64,000 nucleotides of DNA from Diplonema japonicum. Lineage: Eukaryota; Protista; Euglenozoa: Diplonemea. The stretch is from assembly GCA_964019335.1 (NCBI GenBank), contig OZ025695.1, positions 310,001 to 374,000 on the forward strand. Reading direction: 5' to 3'. The notes beneath the pieces were generated by a model, which was not told the DNA's origin, searched no databases, and saw only the letters and a list, made by a program, of their open reading frames with translations. Positions 34,444-45,977 of the stretch are shown here, in pieces. Position 1 is the first letter of the stretch. Each line of letters begins with the position of its first letter. The position numbers were made by a program, and so were the translations under genes.

Positions 34444-34764
34444 CCGTTGTTTTCAAAGAGAAAAAAAAAAGGAAAAAAAAGAAAAAGAAAAAAAAAAAAC
34501 ATAAAGAAGTAAGAACTAAGCAGTTCGTTCCGCTAAAAAGAAAAAGAAAAAGAAGAACAGCTCCAAGTTCTGAATACGAACCCTTTAAAAATGCGCGAGG
34601 GGGTTTTTTTTCGCAACCCCTATGGGATCCGTACTGAGGTCTGCGGTTCGCAGCTTGTGTAAAAAGGGCGACGAGGGACCTCAAAAACCACGTGTAAAGA
34701 AGAAAAAAAAAAAAACACGTTTTTAAAACGTAAAGTGTAAAGACAAAAAAAAAAAAAAAAACTC

Positions 34765-35278
34765 AAAGTACAGGACAAGCCCCCCGTTAGAGGGCCACCC
34801 TATGGGTGGGGGGGGTCTATCTGTTAATACTCCCCTTCTGGAGCATTGCTTTTATTCCGATTGAGCGTCTTGCGGAGTCGTGTGATGCGGTCCCGCTTGT
34901 AGTCGGCTTTCAATTCCATTAGCTTGTCGTGCGTGGAGCGGGTGGCGAAAATAGGCCTCCTGGAGAAACCAATAGCTGCCTTTCCTCCAATGGCGATGAG
35001 GGACTTCACTCTTTTTCTCTCGTCCGCTGGGAAGGGGCGTCGCTTCTTCCGTGCCCTGCATGCTGTGTTTATCTTTACGATGAGAGCTTTGATTCTGCGC
35101 GCCCTATCTTCCAGCAGGCCTCCCAAAGACTTTCCGGTCGTCCATTCGAAGTCAATGGCCAGTTCCACCGCCGACACCTCCGAGGTGGTGTCCTTCTCCA
35201 CCCAGCGCAGTTGTGACAACCATTGTAGCAGCGGGTTCAGGTACTGGGACAGGACCCCGCTCACTCCTTCGAGCTCGC

Positions 35279-35279
<1 letters not shown>
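34765..35279 (-). mobile_element. 5'-truncated non-LTR retroelement C-terminal coding fragment
   Basis: Open frame without its own start: WLSQLRW..VSAVELAIDFEWTTG..FPA..VKSL..GFSRRPIF; paralogous to 1093-1735. Confidence 0.55.
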
Positions 35280-35317
<38 letters not shown>

Positions 35318-35320
<3 letters not shown>

Positions 35321-37852
35321 CCCAGCACATAAGTAAGGCCGGAGCTTCCAAGCAGCACGGAAGCTCCCCGTCTCTCGTATAGTAGGAGCATAGACAGGTT
35401 CAGTCGTAACAGGATGATGAGACGTGGACGATTGATGGTAAAGTGTATGCTTAGGAAGCGGGGTCGAAAGCGATGCAGGGGGACACGGCATGGGGGTGGC
35501 CGGGAGGGCACACGACGCAAAAATAAGAGGAAGGTTGGCAGAACGCGGGGTAACAGGCGGCTCCTCAGAGGTGAGCGACGAAACCGTATCGGAGAAAAAG
35601 GCAACGGGTACACCAAGGTGCGAGGTTACCTCCAACAAAAACCGATGCTCATAAAGAACATCCTCCGGCAGCACCGCAGGGAAGGCCACCCCCACAGGAG
35701 GTATCAAACAAGTTTGCAACCTACTGTTCACATAAGCTTCCAGCACGACTTGGTACCGCCCCAACGACAAGGTAACGGTCATGGAGGAACCCTCCAAAAC
35801 CCCGCAAGGCAAACACGACAGCTTCACATCACTTACGATACATTCCAACAACATAGAACACTTGTTCACAGGTCGAAGAGGGTGCGCTGTAACAGGGTGG
35901 AACTGCGCTAAATCAGGACTCAACACATCCACCGACAACAGAACCTCCGCGAACCCTCCTATTTTAACCCAACACGGCTTTCGCGGGGAGTACGTACGGT
36001 TCTCTGTGTGGAACGTGGGCTCGTTATGTAAAATCATGTCAGCTGTGTAAGGAATCTGGATGGTCCCTTCCACATCATCATTCTGATGTAAAGTAACCTG
36101 TAGAGGGTCGGCTGTGGAGAGCTCTACCAGCTCCGCTTCTAGAGATTTGTTTTTTTTCGTCTTTGGAGTCCCTTCTGGTGAAGCGGAGCCGAATTTGAAT
36201 ATCGAGAAGCCCCGTACTTGAACAGGGGTTTTTTCGTCGTCATCGCCCTCTGTAGAGACCGCTATGGGGAGGCATAATGTGTGCCCCCATGACGGGGTCC
36301 TGTGCCGCGGGTTGGCACTTTTTCGTTTTGTGTGTTTCCCGCAACGAATTTCCAGTTCCGTTCCGTTATTCACAATACCCCGAGCAGACCATATATGTAC
36401 CCGGGCTTCGTAACCGATTTTTGTTTTGCTTTTTATGGCAGGTCGGGACCAAGGGGTTGCGTCAAGCCGTGTCAACGAGGCGGAAAGACGGAGAAGCCCG
36501 GCTTGCGTGTTGCGAACCTTCACCCATCCTGTTAAATCGGAGCTTTTGAGGTCTTTCGGATGAATTTCAACAAACCCAACACGCGTCTTCCCCTCGGACC
36601 GGTCGCCCCCCACCGTCAAAACATTCAAAAATATCAAAGGCATCGCACAATGATTAGTCGGTACCTCCAGCTTTATCTCGCGTATAGGCTCCCTCCACGA
36701 TATCAAAGGAGGAGACGCGACTGACGAATAATTCGACAACGACCCCCAAGACAGTTCCAACTGCATTGGTTTATGAGTAACCAGATCAAGCTTCGCACTG
36801 TCTAACAAATCGACTCGTAACACGTAACAAGATGTGTCCGAGGGTGGCGGGGGTAGGCTCGGGCCAGGAGCTTTTCTCGGAGGGAGGATCCGTTCCCTGA
36901 CGCCTTCAACGGTGTGTATAAGGTAGTAGATATTTTTCGACACAGTTAGATTTTTGAACAGAGACACCGTCGGCATAAAAGCTAAGACGTGCGACCAGCA
37001 CACGTCCATCGGGCTGCAATGGGCCTTCAACTCCTGAATCGAAGCAGACAGGAGCACTCTTCCCTTAAAGATCTGCGGATACTCCCCGTACAGATTAATC
37101 CATTTCGGAAACTGTGACAACTCCGAGACAGATAAAAAGCTCGAACCAGAACCGATCCTAACCTCTATCATGTCTGCTGGCCATGGGGATTTCATGAACA
37201 ATGTCAGCCGCACACCGTGTTTCGCTGTGGAACATGTAACCCATTCCCCTTGGCCGACACGAAGCCGCAGTTTTTGTGGAGAATCGTTTCCGCCAGGAAA
37301 TCCTTCGGTTTTCCAAGCATCGACGTGAACGGCTGTGTGCGAAACTTTCTGTCCTATTTGATAAACAACGGGAATGTGTGGAATCGGCATTGGGTGGGTT
37401 GCCAATGATGCCGGTAGTTTTGAATGTTCAGATGTGACCCTCAGGTCGCATTTTATCCACCCGAAGCATTTTGTTGCGTTGTTTGGGCGGTTTAGTGCGA
37501 CCCACGCCCCGTACTTGCATGGGGGGTTTGCGTAAAGGTTTTCAAGGTCGAAGATGCATTGTCCAATGAGGGCTTCTTCCCTTGCGCTGAGACACCCCGA
37601 ACCTGTTCCTTCCTTCCCGTCCAGGATTTTCACGGTAACGTACTCTTTTGTCCTTGTGCGGTCCACCACCACGTACATTACGAACACAGCGTTGATGCTT
37701 CCTCCTGTGACGCGCACCTCTTCTGTTGTCCCGAAGCATTCGATGTTCAAAACCGGCTCGATGCTCTCCCCTCTCCGTCCTGTTAGCTTCGTGCATTCCA
37801 AAATATCAATTGCTACTTTGTAGGTTAGCACCTTTGCTTCCTCGGTCATCAT
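35318..37852 (-). CDS. Multi-C2-domain (ferlin-like, divergent) protein
   Basis: Several C2-like beta-sandwich segments (LIGQCIFDLENLY..WVAL; PKWINLYG..FKGRVLLS; YEARVHIWSARGI). Confidence 0.7.
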
Positions 37853-38022
37853 TTTTTCCTCCCCTTTTTTGTCTCGTGAATCCCGCCTTCCCCCGCCACG
37901 GCTCCTCTTTTTTTTTTTTTTTTTTTTTTTTCTTTTTTGAATGGGATATATAAAGAGATTTTCACATACAAAAAAAAAAGTTTATAGAAAAAAAAAAAAA
38001 TCTGTTTTACACATAACGACCA

Positions 38023-38517
38023 TTACTGGCCGGGCAACGGGGGCATTATCCGTTTTACAAATTCATCAATCGATAAATTGACCCCTGCAGAGTCGAAGCA
38101 CCCTGCCGTTTGTGCCTCGTTCATCAGCTCGTTCATTTCATCCGGTTCCAATGCGTCGCCCAGGGTGGTGAGAAAGTATCGCAGCTCCGCTGTGGAGATG
38201 TATCCCGACTGGTCCCGATCGAATGTACGGAGGGACTCGCGCAGCTCCTCTTCTGTTTTTACATCGTTCATGCATGACACCATCAAGCGCTCGAACTGCG
38301 CCCAGGATATCCTTGTGCTCTGGTCCGCGTCAGGTTCACCCTGTACATCTTCCTCCATAGTTTGCAGTTGTTCGTTGGTCGGACATTGCCCAGCCGCCCT
38401 TAAACATTTCCCTAAATCTTTAATATTCAATTCATCTTCAGCCTCTGCAAATGCATTATACACTTCGTGCCACGAATCGCTGACATCTTGCGGGATGTCT
38501 TGCGTACTGAACGCCAT
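38023..38517 (-). CDS. Calmodulin-like / EF-hand light chain
   Basis: LGKCLRAAGQCPT, EEELRESLRTFDRDQSGYISTAELRYFLTTLGD; only one canonical EF loop. Confidence 0.9.
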   Translation of the reverse strand: MAFSTQDIPQDVSDSWHEVYNAFAEAEDELNIKDLGKCLRAAGQCPTNEQLQTMEEDVQGEPDADQSTRISWAQFERLMVSCMNDVKTEEELRESLRTFDRDQSGYISTAELRYFLTTLGDALEPDEMNELMNEAQTAGCFDSAGVNLSIDEFVKRIMPPLPGQ

Positions 38518-38629
38518 CACCTAAAGGGAGAGTGTGTTGAAAAACAATCAGACGAGAAGAAAAAAAATTGTTTTTTTTTCGGGGGGGGGAGGGGTTGTTA
38601 AACCACCTTTTTTTTTTTAAAATTTCTTT

Positions 38630-41600
38630 CTATTTCTCCTCGGCGGTGGATGGTTCGCTCGACGATTCGTCGCCGTCATCGTACCCCTCCACCTCATCCT
38701 GCTGCTCCTTGGGCTTTGCATACAACGGAAGGTACACCCCAAGCTTAAAACAATTCACCTCAATAAACCGAACCGCACACCCTCCTATTATAACAATCCC
38801 CGGTAAGATCCCTATCAAGATGGCAACAATGAAAGCGTAGTACTGCCGTGCCTGCACTGTTAGGGTGTACAGGTACTCAGATCGTTCCAAGTGAAACGCA
38901 AACGATAAGCCGTGCTCTTCATTTACATGGTAATGATCTGCCTGTGTGCCCTTTACAGTGCGTAATGGGTGCAGATGCAGCCCTGTTTGCATTTCCTCTG
39001 TAATCCCTTTCTCCCATTTTGTTGCTGTTGCCTCGAGAACCAAGATGGTTGGATCGTGCCCGTAGAACACTTTTCCGTCGTCGGGTTCTATGAACCCGTC
39101 CCACAGGATAGAATCTCCATTGGGGAAACCTGTGGTCGCCCGTGCGTCCCAGCCAAACCCGCTTGCCCACACCCTGGGGGGCAGTGTTATGGTAAGGCTT
39201 GCTGTTTCCACAGTATCGCCGTTGTGCAGGATCTGGTAGCGGCATGCCGTGCACTGCCATTCGATGGCGCACACCGCCGACCCATTCTGCCTGCATGTGT
39301 GGGATGCTCCCTCATGTTGCATCCCTGTGATACCCACGGTCGCCTTGCAAACTTCGCTGCATGGTGTGGCCGTTACAATGTACAACGTCAACTTGATGTC
39401 GCTGTCGACGCTCACGTTGTACGTTGTGAACGGCAGCAGCGTGTGCAGCTCCTCCGAGTGGGATATGATCGGTGACAGGAGCGACAGGACAGAGACAGAG
39501 CTGAACGCTATGAGGGCTATGATGGTGATGAGCCCACCGTGCGGGGACTTCAGCTGCTTCACAAATGTCCCGCTCAGCATGTGGTGCGACGTCCCAAACA
39601 GCCAGTCGAACTTCACAAATGACAAGTACAACTTGTTCAGCATATTACCGCAGTCGTCGAAGGTGTTCTGCCCGTACGGCTCGTTCGACGCGTCGCTGCA
39701 GCACTGCAGTGACACCAAGAACACCATCGTCACCGTCGCCACCATGCTGACCACCACAATGGCTGCCACCCTTGATATCTCCCTCACTCGGGACTTGTCC
39801 CTCGTTCTGTCGAACGGTTGGAAGATTTTAAGAGTGGTCTTGTAACTCGGTGGAGTGAGGGGCACAGTTGACCCCACAGGGCACCACCCTTCCGACAGGC
39901 AAGGTGAGCACATTGTCGAGCCAGCATGTGCGTTTGACGTGTTCTGCGGACATGGATGACATCGGCTAGCACTGCTTTGAGCTGTAAGGTTGCTAAACGT
40001 CCCAGCGGGGCACGGGACGCAAGCTTGCAATCCGTACTGTTCTGCATAGGTGCCAGGGGGACATTCTTCACAGCCAACACCAGCCGTCCCTGGCGAACAT
40101 TGCGCGTGTTCCGCGTTGGGCAGCATCCACAAGTCATTATGAACCTGGTTGATGGCACGACCTGCACGGGGCGCTGCCAGAAACCCACCGTACACGTAAA
40201 CAGCTTTCCCAAATGAAAACATTTTGTGTCCGGATCGCAAGAGGCTGTCGGTGGCGATGTCAATGGAGCCACTGGCCGCCCAGCGGATGGTGTCGGAGAC
40301 AATGTTCTCATGCGTCTCGCCGCCTTGTGAAAGGATCTCCGTGTTGCTGATGCGCGCGTGCGCGAAGTAAGCCAACCCCGTCCCGTCCACGGTAAGGCTG
40401 TTGTTCAACAACTGCACATTCATGCTGGCCACATCGATTGTGTACGAAGGGTCTCCCACGACTAGCAGTATGCTAGGGTCGCCAGGCGGGGCGTCAATCG
40501 CATAGCTCGAAGTTGTCTCAGGTAGGGAGACACCCAACTTCACCCATTGCCATGTGACGAGGTCCAGCCGCCACATGTCGAGCAGCGTTTGGCCTGACTC
40601 AGACGTCCCGCCTAAGATATAAAGGTTCGTGGAGTGAACGGTGGCCACATGGTGGTGCCGAGGAGGGATGTTCGGGAAATCCATGAGCTTTGTCCAGCTG
40701 TTGTTCACAAGGGAAAGCACCCACAAATCACGAAAGACGGTAATGGTGTCGCGTCCACCAAAGAGCAGGAGGTATGAGTGGTACGCAGACAGACTGTGCC
40801 CGTACCTTCCAGGGGGGATGTCGGTGAGGGTGAGCTCTGACCAGGTATGAGTGAGGAGATCGAGGGACCACATGTCAGAGTGGATAAAAGGTTGGAGCTG
40901 GCACGAAATAACTCTGGTACGAAACACCGCATCGTGCGAAGCGAGCCCTCCATGCACGTAGAACATCGATCCCGACAAAGCTGAACCGAACCAAGCCCGT
41001 CCTCGAGGGTTTGTGAACCCGTCCTGCACCGTTTCAAAACCGTTTTGTGTTAAAAAAAAGAGATCATTGAACAGCCCTTGCCGGCCCCACCCACCGAAGA
41101 CCCACACACCCTCTGGAGATGTTACATGAGCAGCATAGTCCCTGCCGTCTACCCCTGTTTCCGTCTCGTTCCAGACACCCGTTGCGATGGTGTACCTTGC
41201 GACTGATGACAACAATCTGGACGACCACCCAAATCCGATTATTAAAACGCCGTTTACAATCCCAGAGACGTGACCTTCACGTGCGGTGTGAGACGCATGG
41301 AATGAAGACCATCCAGGGCTGCCTATTGTGTAAGTATAAACAACAGCGTTGAAGGTCCCGTTTACATGAACACCACCAGTGAGGTACAGGGATTCACGAC
41401 TGCATGCCAAGCTGGATCCGTGAAGAGGAGGAGGGGGGTTGGTTGGAGTGACTTGTTTCCAGGTTTGGTTGCCATCGCTGTAGCTCCAGAGATCATTAAG
41501 GGTTTGCGATGTACCCTTTCCCCCGAACAGGTACAAGGTGTCGGACAGGACACAAGACGCCGCATCCCACCGTATAGGAGGGAGATCGGTATCAACCGGC

Positions 41601-41947
41601 CGCCATGTTCTGAGTGCTTTTGAGTAATAGTCATGTGTTGATAAGAGGCCTCCTTGCATGTTTCGACCGCTGAAGAAATGGATGTCACCTTCTGTGCTCA
41701 TCCATGACGCGGCACCCTCTCGGCCCTTCATAACCGCGCCAGGTTGTCTTTCCCACCAATATCCCGTTTCGTTCCAGATCCACAAGTCTGTAAATGCTGT
41801 TTGATGGGTCATGCCTCCCCCTACCATCAACACCCCTTCATCAAGGAAGGCGCTCGCCCGAAATCTTGCTTCAGGCGGAGATCCTGAATCCGGCACCCTA
41901 ACCCATCCACACACTGAACATAGAATGGCAAGGAACGAGGGGTGCAT
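38630..41947 (-). CDS. Secreted/membrane kelch-repeat protein with Cys-rich GCC2/GCC3-like repeats and TM helices
   Basis: Signal peptide; ~12 kelch repeats (LFGG...NDLW); CPPGTY/CPAGTF repeats; three hydrophobic helices. Confidence 0.85.
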   Translation of the reverse strand: MHPSFLAILCSVCGWVRVPDSGSPPEARFRASAFLDEGVLMVGGGMTHQTAFTDLWIWNETGYWWERQPGAVMKGREGAASWMSTEGDIHFFSGRNMQGGLLSTHDYYSKALRTWRPVDTDLPPIRWDAASCVLSDTLYLFGGKGTSQTLNDLWSYSDGNQTWKQVTPTNPPPPLHGSSLACSRESLYLTGGVHVNGTFNAVVYTYTIGSPGWSSFHASHTAREGHVSGIVNGVLIIGFGWSSRLLSSVARYTIATGVWNETETGVDGRDYAAHVTSPEGVWVFGGWGRQGLFNDLFFLTQNGFETVQDGFTNPRGRAWFGSALSGSMFYVHGGLASHDAVFRTRVISCQLQPFIHSDMWSLDLLTHTWSELTLTDIPPGRYGHSLSAYHSYLLLFGGRDTITVFRDLWVLSLVNNSWTKLMDFPNIPPRHHHVATVHSTNLYILGGTSESGQTLLDMWRLDLVTWQWVKLGVSLPETTSSYAIDAPPGDPSILLVVGDPSYTIDVASMNVQLLNNSLTVDGTGLAYFAHARISNTEILSQGGETHENIVSDTIRWAASGSIDIATDSLLRSGHKMFSFGKAVYVYGGFLAAPRAGRAINQVHNDLWMLPNAEHAQCSPGTAGVGCEECPPGTYAEQYGLQACVPCPAGTFSNLTAQSSASRCHPCPQNTSNAHAGSTMCSPCLSEGWCPVGSTVPLTPPSYKTTLKIFQPFDRTRDKSRVREISRVAAIVVVSMVATVTMVFLVSLQCCSDASNEPYGQNTFDDCGNMLNKLYLSFVKFDWLFGTSHHMLSGTFVKQLKSPHGGLITIIALIAFSSVSVLSLLSPIISHSEELHTLLPFTTYNVSVDSDIKLTLYIVTATPCSEVCKATVGITGMQHEGASHTCRQNGSAVCAIEWQCTACRYQILHNGDTVETASLTITLPPRVWASGFGWDARATTGFPNGDSILWDGFIEPDDGKVFYGHDPTILVLEATATKWEKGITEEMQTGLHLHPLRTVKGTQADHYHVNEEHGLSFAFHLERSEYLYTLTVQARQYYAFIVAILIGILPGIVIIGGCAVRFIEVNCFKLGVYLPLYAKPKEQQDEVEGYDDGDESSSEPSTAEEK

Positions 41948-42341
41948 GTAAGGTTTGCTGTGATGTTAACGTTTTGAATCAGAAAAGGGAAAAAAGAAGA
42001 AGAAAAAAAAAGAAAGAAAAGGATAGCATATTGGGAAACCTTTCCGTTTGCTATGGGGGGAGGAGGGGGGGGGGGGAGGGTATTTTTTGTGTGAATTTTG
42101 GTGCTGGTCTATGTTGTTTTTACATAGGTTGCAAGAAGGAGGAAAGAAAAGAAAAAAAAGGGGGGATAAAAAAAAGAGAAAATTGTTCTTTTGAGGTTTA
42201 TGCGATTTTTTTCTTCTTTTTTTTTTTCTTTCTGCGCTCACCGGCAAAATGGGTAGTAGTACCCGTAGACCGTACTGTGTCCTGCAAGCCTTGATGGGTG
42301 AGCCGCGCGTGGTGGGCCCACAGATACAGCGCAGGCCTGAC

Positions 42342-42385
<44 letters not shown>

Positions 42386-43250
42386 AAAAGGTGGAAAGAA
42401 GAGAAGAAAAACAAAAAGAATATAAAAAAGAAAAACCGAATTTCTTTTCTTTAATTGATGCCAATGAGTATAGGGGTCAGAAGGACGGGAAGAAATAAAA
42501 GGAATGAAAGGAAAAAAACAAAGGGGGGGGTATATGATTCTATCAAAAAAAAGCTACTCCCTTAAGCTTTCTCATCAATCCGAAAGAAGAAGATTCTGGA
42601 AACCTGTTGTCATTTACCCTTGATGCCGGGCGCACAGGGCAATTTTTTTTTAAAGTGAGCCGTAAGGCTCCTGGAACTGGTTTCTGTTGTTTACTGTCAC
42701 CCCTTTTAAAAAAAGGAGGAAAAAAAAATAGTAGAACAGCTATGGCCACTGGTAGCGATAAGCGAGGTTTAATAACAGCATAGATAGAATCATATTAAAA
42801 AAAAAATTACTGAGGGATGTGCGTCGGTTGACAAGCAACAAGCCCCTCCCGCGATTTTTAAGGGGGGGGGGGAAATAAGGGGGAAATAATGAAGGTACAC
42901 AAATGGCAATTCTTCTACTCTGGGGGGAGGGGTGCTAAAAAAAATGGGAATTACTTTTTTTTTCTTCTTTTTTTTTTCCCCCCTTCCTCCCCTCAACCTT
43001 AATCACACAGCCGAAAGACGGCTCAGTGCCCTTCTTCTATGGGCATTCTTCTCCCCTTTTTTATCTTTTTTGTTTCGCCTCTAGAATTTAAACCATCTAG
43101 AGCCATCGAAGGACTGAAGGAAAAAAAAAAAAAAAAAAAAAAATGTTTTAACAATATTATTGTCGAGACTAAAAACTAGTTGATGGCAGCGTAATGAGCT
43201 ATTTTATTAGGTAAAATTCCGCTCGTGCGCACAAACAAAAACAAAAAATC

Positions 43251-43452
43251 TTTTTTTGATAAATTTCGGTGTGCGGGTAGGTGCTCATCGTTCCTCGGTT
43301 GCTGTCTGGTGCCTGCGGTGACTCTTTGACGCGATGAGATGGACGGCATCTGGGCGAGATACACAGCTAGGTAAGGGGCGGTTTGGCTCGAGGAAAAGAG
43401 TGTTCTCCTGTCGTGGGGGGAGTACCCTTGTCTTTGCGTTGGCGGGGAAAGC
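43251..43452 (-). mobile_element. Short 3' remnant of the retroelement at 1093-1735
   Basis: Colinear similarity with 1093-1370, with internal deletions; same 3' end GAAATTTATCAAAAAAA. Confidence 0.8.
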
Positions 43453-44133
43453 TTCCCTGAAAAAAAAAAAGAGAAAAAAAAAAAAGGAAAAAAGAAAGAC
43501 GGGGTTTCTTCCATTTCCCTTCCTACCTCCATTTCTCTCTTTTTTTTCTTTTTGTTTGCATTTCTCTTTCATTCTTTCTCAGGTTTTTCCCTACTTTACT
43601 TTAAAAAAAAAAAAAGAACAAGAAAAGAAGAAAAAAAAAAAAAAAGAAGAACGCCCCAAGATCTCTAAGGTGTTCGGAGCTCAATGTCCAAAGGTTGTTA
43701 AAAACATTTGTCTAATCATCCTGCCCATTGATAGTAAAATATTTTATGTTTCCCCCCATGCGGAGGCGCCACGAAGACAATAGAGATATGAAGGGAGAAG
43801 AAAAAGGAGGGAGAAAAAAAAAATAGGTGACACAACACCAAAGTTGACACCTAAAGACTATTTATTTTTTTTGTTCACTTTTTTGTTTTGTTTAACAATC
43901 CCCTATTCCCCCCCCCCTTTTTTTTGAGTCTATCTTCATAATAAACGCCCCACCTGAAAAAATAACCCCCCCCACCCACCACCCGAAAAAAAAGAAATAT
44001 CATGGCTCCTGACTAGAAAGTCTGACAATATACAGATAAGTATATCTGAGACACTTTTTTTTTTTTTTTTTTTCCATTTCCCTTCTTTCAATTTTCTATA
44101 GTACACAAAGGAAGGGGGAGGAGGAGGGGAAAC

Positions 44134-45811
44134 TCAAATTGGAGTCCTCACTGCACTTGCGGGGGTAGAAAGACTCATCCGATTCACCTGATTTCGGGTG
44201 ATAGTGACTTCTGCGTCATCTTGCATGAGCGGGATTTGCGTAGGTGCCTGTCAATTTTTTTCTTCCCCCCCCCCCCCTCTTTGTACATACGTGCCGCCTG
44301 CTACTCATACTGTGGTTGTCCCTCGAAGGGTCCCATGATGAAATGGTGTGGTTTCTTTGGTCGTACGGCGTGTCAGGGCCTGCTGTCATGCACTCCATCT
44401 CCGTCGTGCCGTGCTTGTTGAACTCAAAGGGGTCCGCAACCGGCTTCTTTGTCGTGACCAACAGAATGGCCCCACAGATGCAGATCATGAGCCCCACAAT
44501 GGCAATGAGCAAAGGGACCATCGGGAAATCGTCACCGCCGCTGCTGCCGCTGCTACCGTTGTTGTTGTTGTTGTTGTTGTTATTGTTGTCTTTACCGCTA
44601 CCACTGGTGCTTTCGCTGTCCGCGACAGGGGAACCCCCTGCAGCCGCCGAAGGTGTGCTGCCATTGCTACCACCAGGAGAAACCCCCGGCCCAGACGGTG
44701 CCACAGGCGCCGTCCCATTATCACTAGACGGGGGATCAGGAGCAACAGGTGCACTGCCCGCACCCCCAGAGACGGGTGCGGCAATGGGAGCAGTTGCAGT
44801 ACCAGGTGCGGGTGTATCGGGTGCAGGGGTATCCGGTGCATCGGTGTCGGGTGCAGTGGTATTCGGTGCTTCAGTCGGCTCTGCAGTGGCCCACGATATG
44901 GGCTCGTAGAAAGCCATGGACCCGACACGAGACGGGCCGTCGTACAGAACGGTCCTCCCGCTCCCGTCCAAGGACTGCAGCACGATTTGTTTGTCGTTGG
45001 AGAACACCACCTCAGTGTCCGAGACAAGCACCACAGACCCTTGCGGGTTCTTATCCTTCGCCGTCCCCACCAGCGTCATGGTTAGGTAAGAGGGCAGGTC
45101 GATCGGGAGCTGTACCGGGGCTACAGTATCCGTTTTGTCGACTTGGTAGAGAACCGAGCTTTTTGCCTTGATCGACATCACCAGCAGCTTGTCTACCGCT
45201 GGGTTGCAGATGGGAAAGCTGATTGTCTCGCTGCCTTTAATACCCAAGCCTGCGATTGTGGAGAAATCGGAGGCCCTCCCAGCTGGGTTGATACTCGTAA
45301 GCACGCCGCCTGTCGTCTTCATGTATGAGAGGTATGTGGTGCTAGCGTCAACGCAAGTTCCCCCCGCGGTGTCGAAGTCTGATAAGACTGCGGCGGCTTC
45401 TGTGATAGAGATGCCTTGGGGGGTTTGTGTCACGGTGGCGTTGTAGGTCTTCCACCCTCTGCTTTGGTATTCAGAGTACATGATGCCGCCTCCTTGCACT
45501 CCCGTGACCCCTGTTCTTGTGAATGTTGCTTTTGCGCCAGCAACGAGGTCTAGAATATACTTCGTAGGTGTTGCCAGCCACACACCCCACAGCCCCCCGC
45601 CCCCCGTGCACGCCCATGCTACAAGCTGCCGCTTGCTGTCTATGCCAAGGCCTCGCTGTTCGCACGTGGGGTGCCCCGTGACGAACTTTGAGACGGTCGT
45701 CACCGCTTTGCTTCTGATCTCGATCTTTTTCAGCCCTTCATCATCGAGGAAGTAGACCTCCTCTGCCTGGCACGCCACTAAGCATGCGGCTACGAAGAGC
45801 CACCACCGCAT
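44134..45811 (-). CDS. Type I membrane surface protein (beta-rich ectodomain, Pro/Thr stalk), two exons
   Basis: Signal peptide, APDT repeats, polyN, TM helix. 43-nt GTATGT..ACAG intron at 44248-44290 gives a last exon ending SAVRTPI*. Confidence 0.8.
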
Positions 45812-45977
45812 CAGGTGTGTTTGTTTTAAATTTTATTTATTCCTTTGTGAGGGTTTCTCCCCCCCCCCCCCAATTTTTTACTCACAACAAGAAGAAGGGA
45901 AAACTAAGGGAAGAGGAAGCGAAATGTAAATAACGCACTGTATTTTCAAAAAGAAAAAAAAAAAGAAAAAGAAAAGA

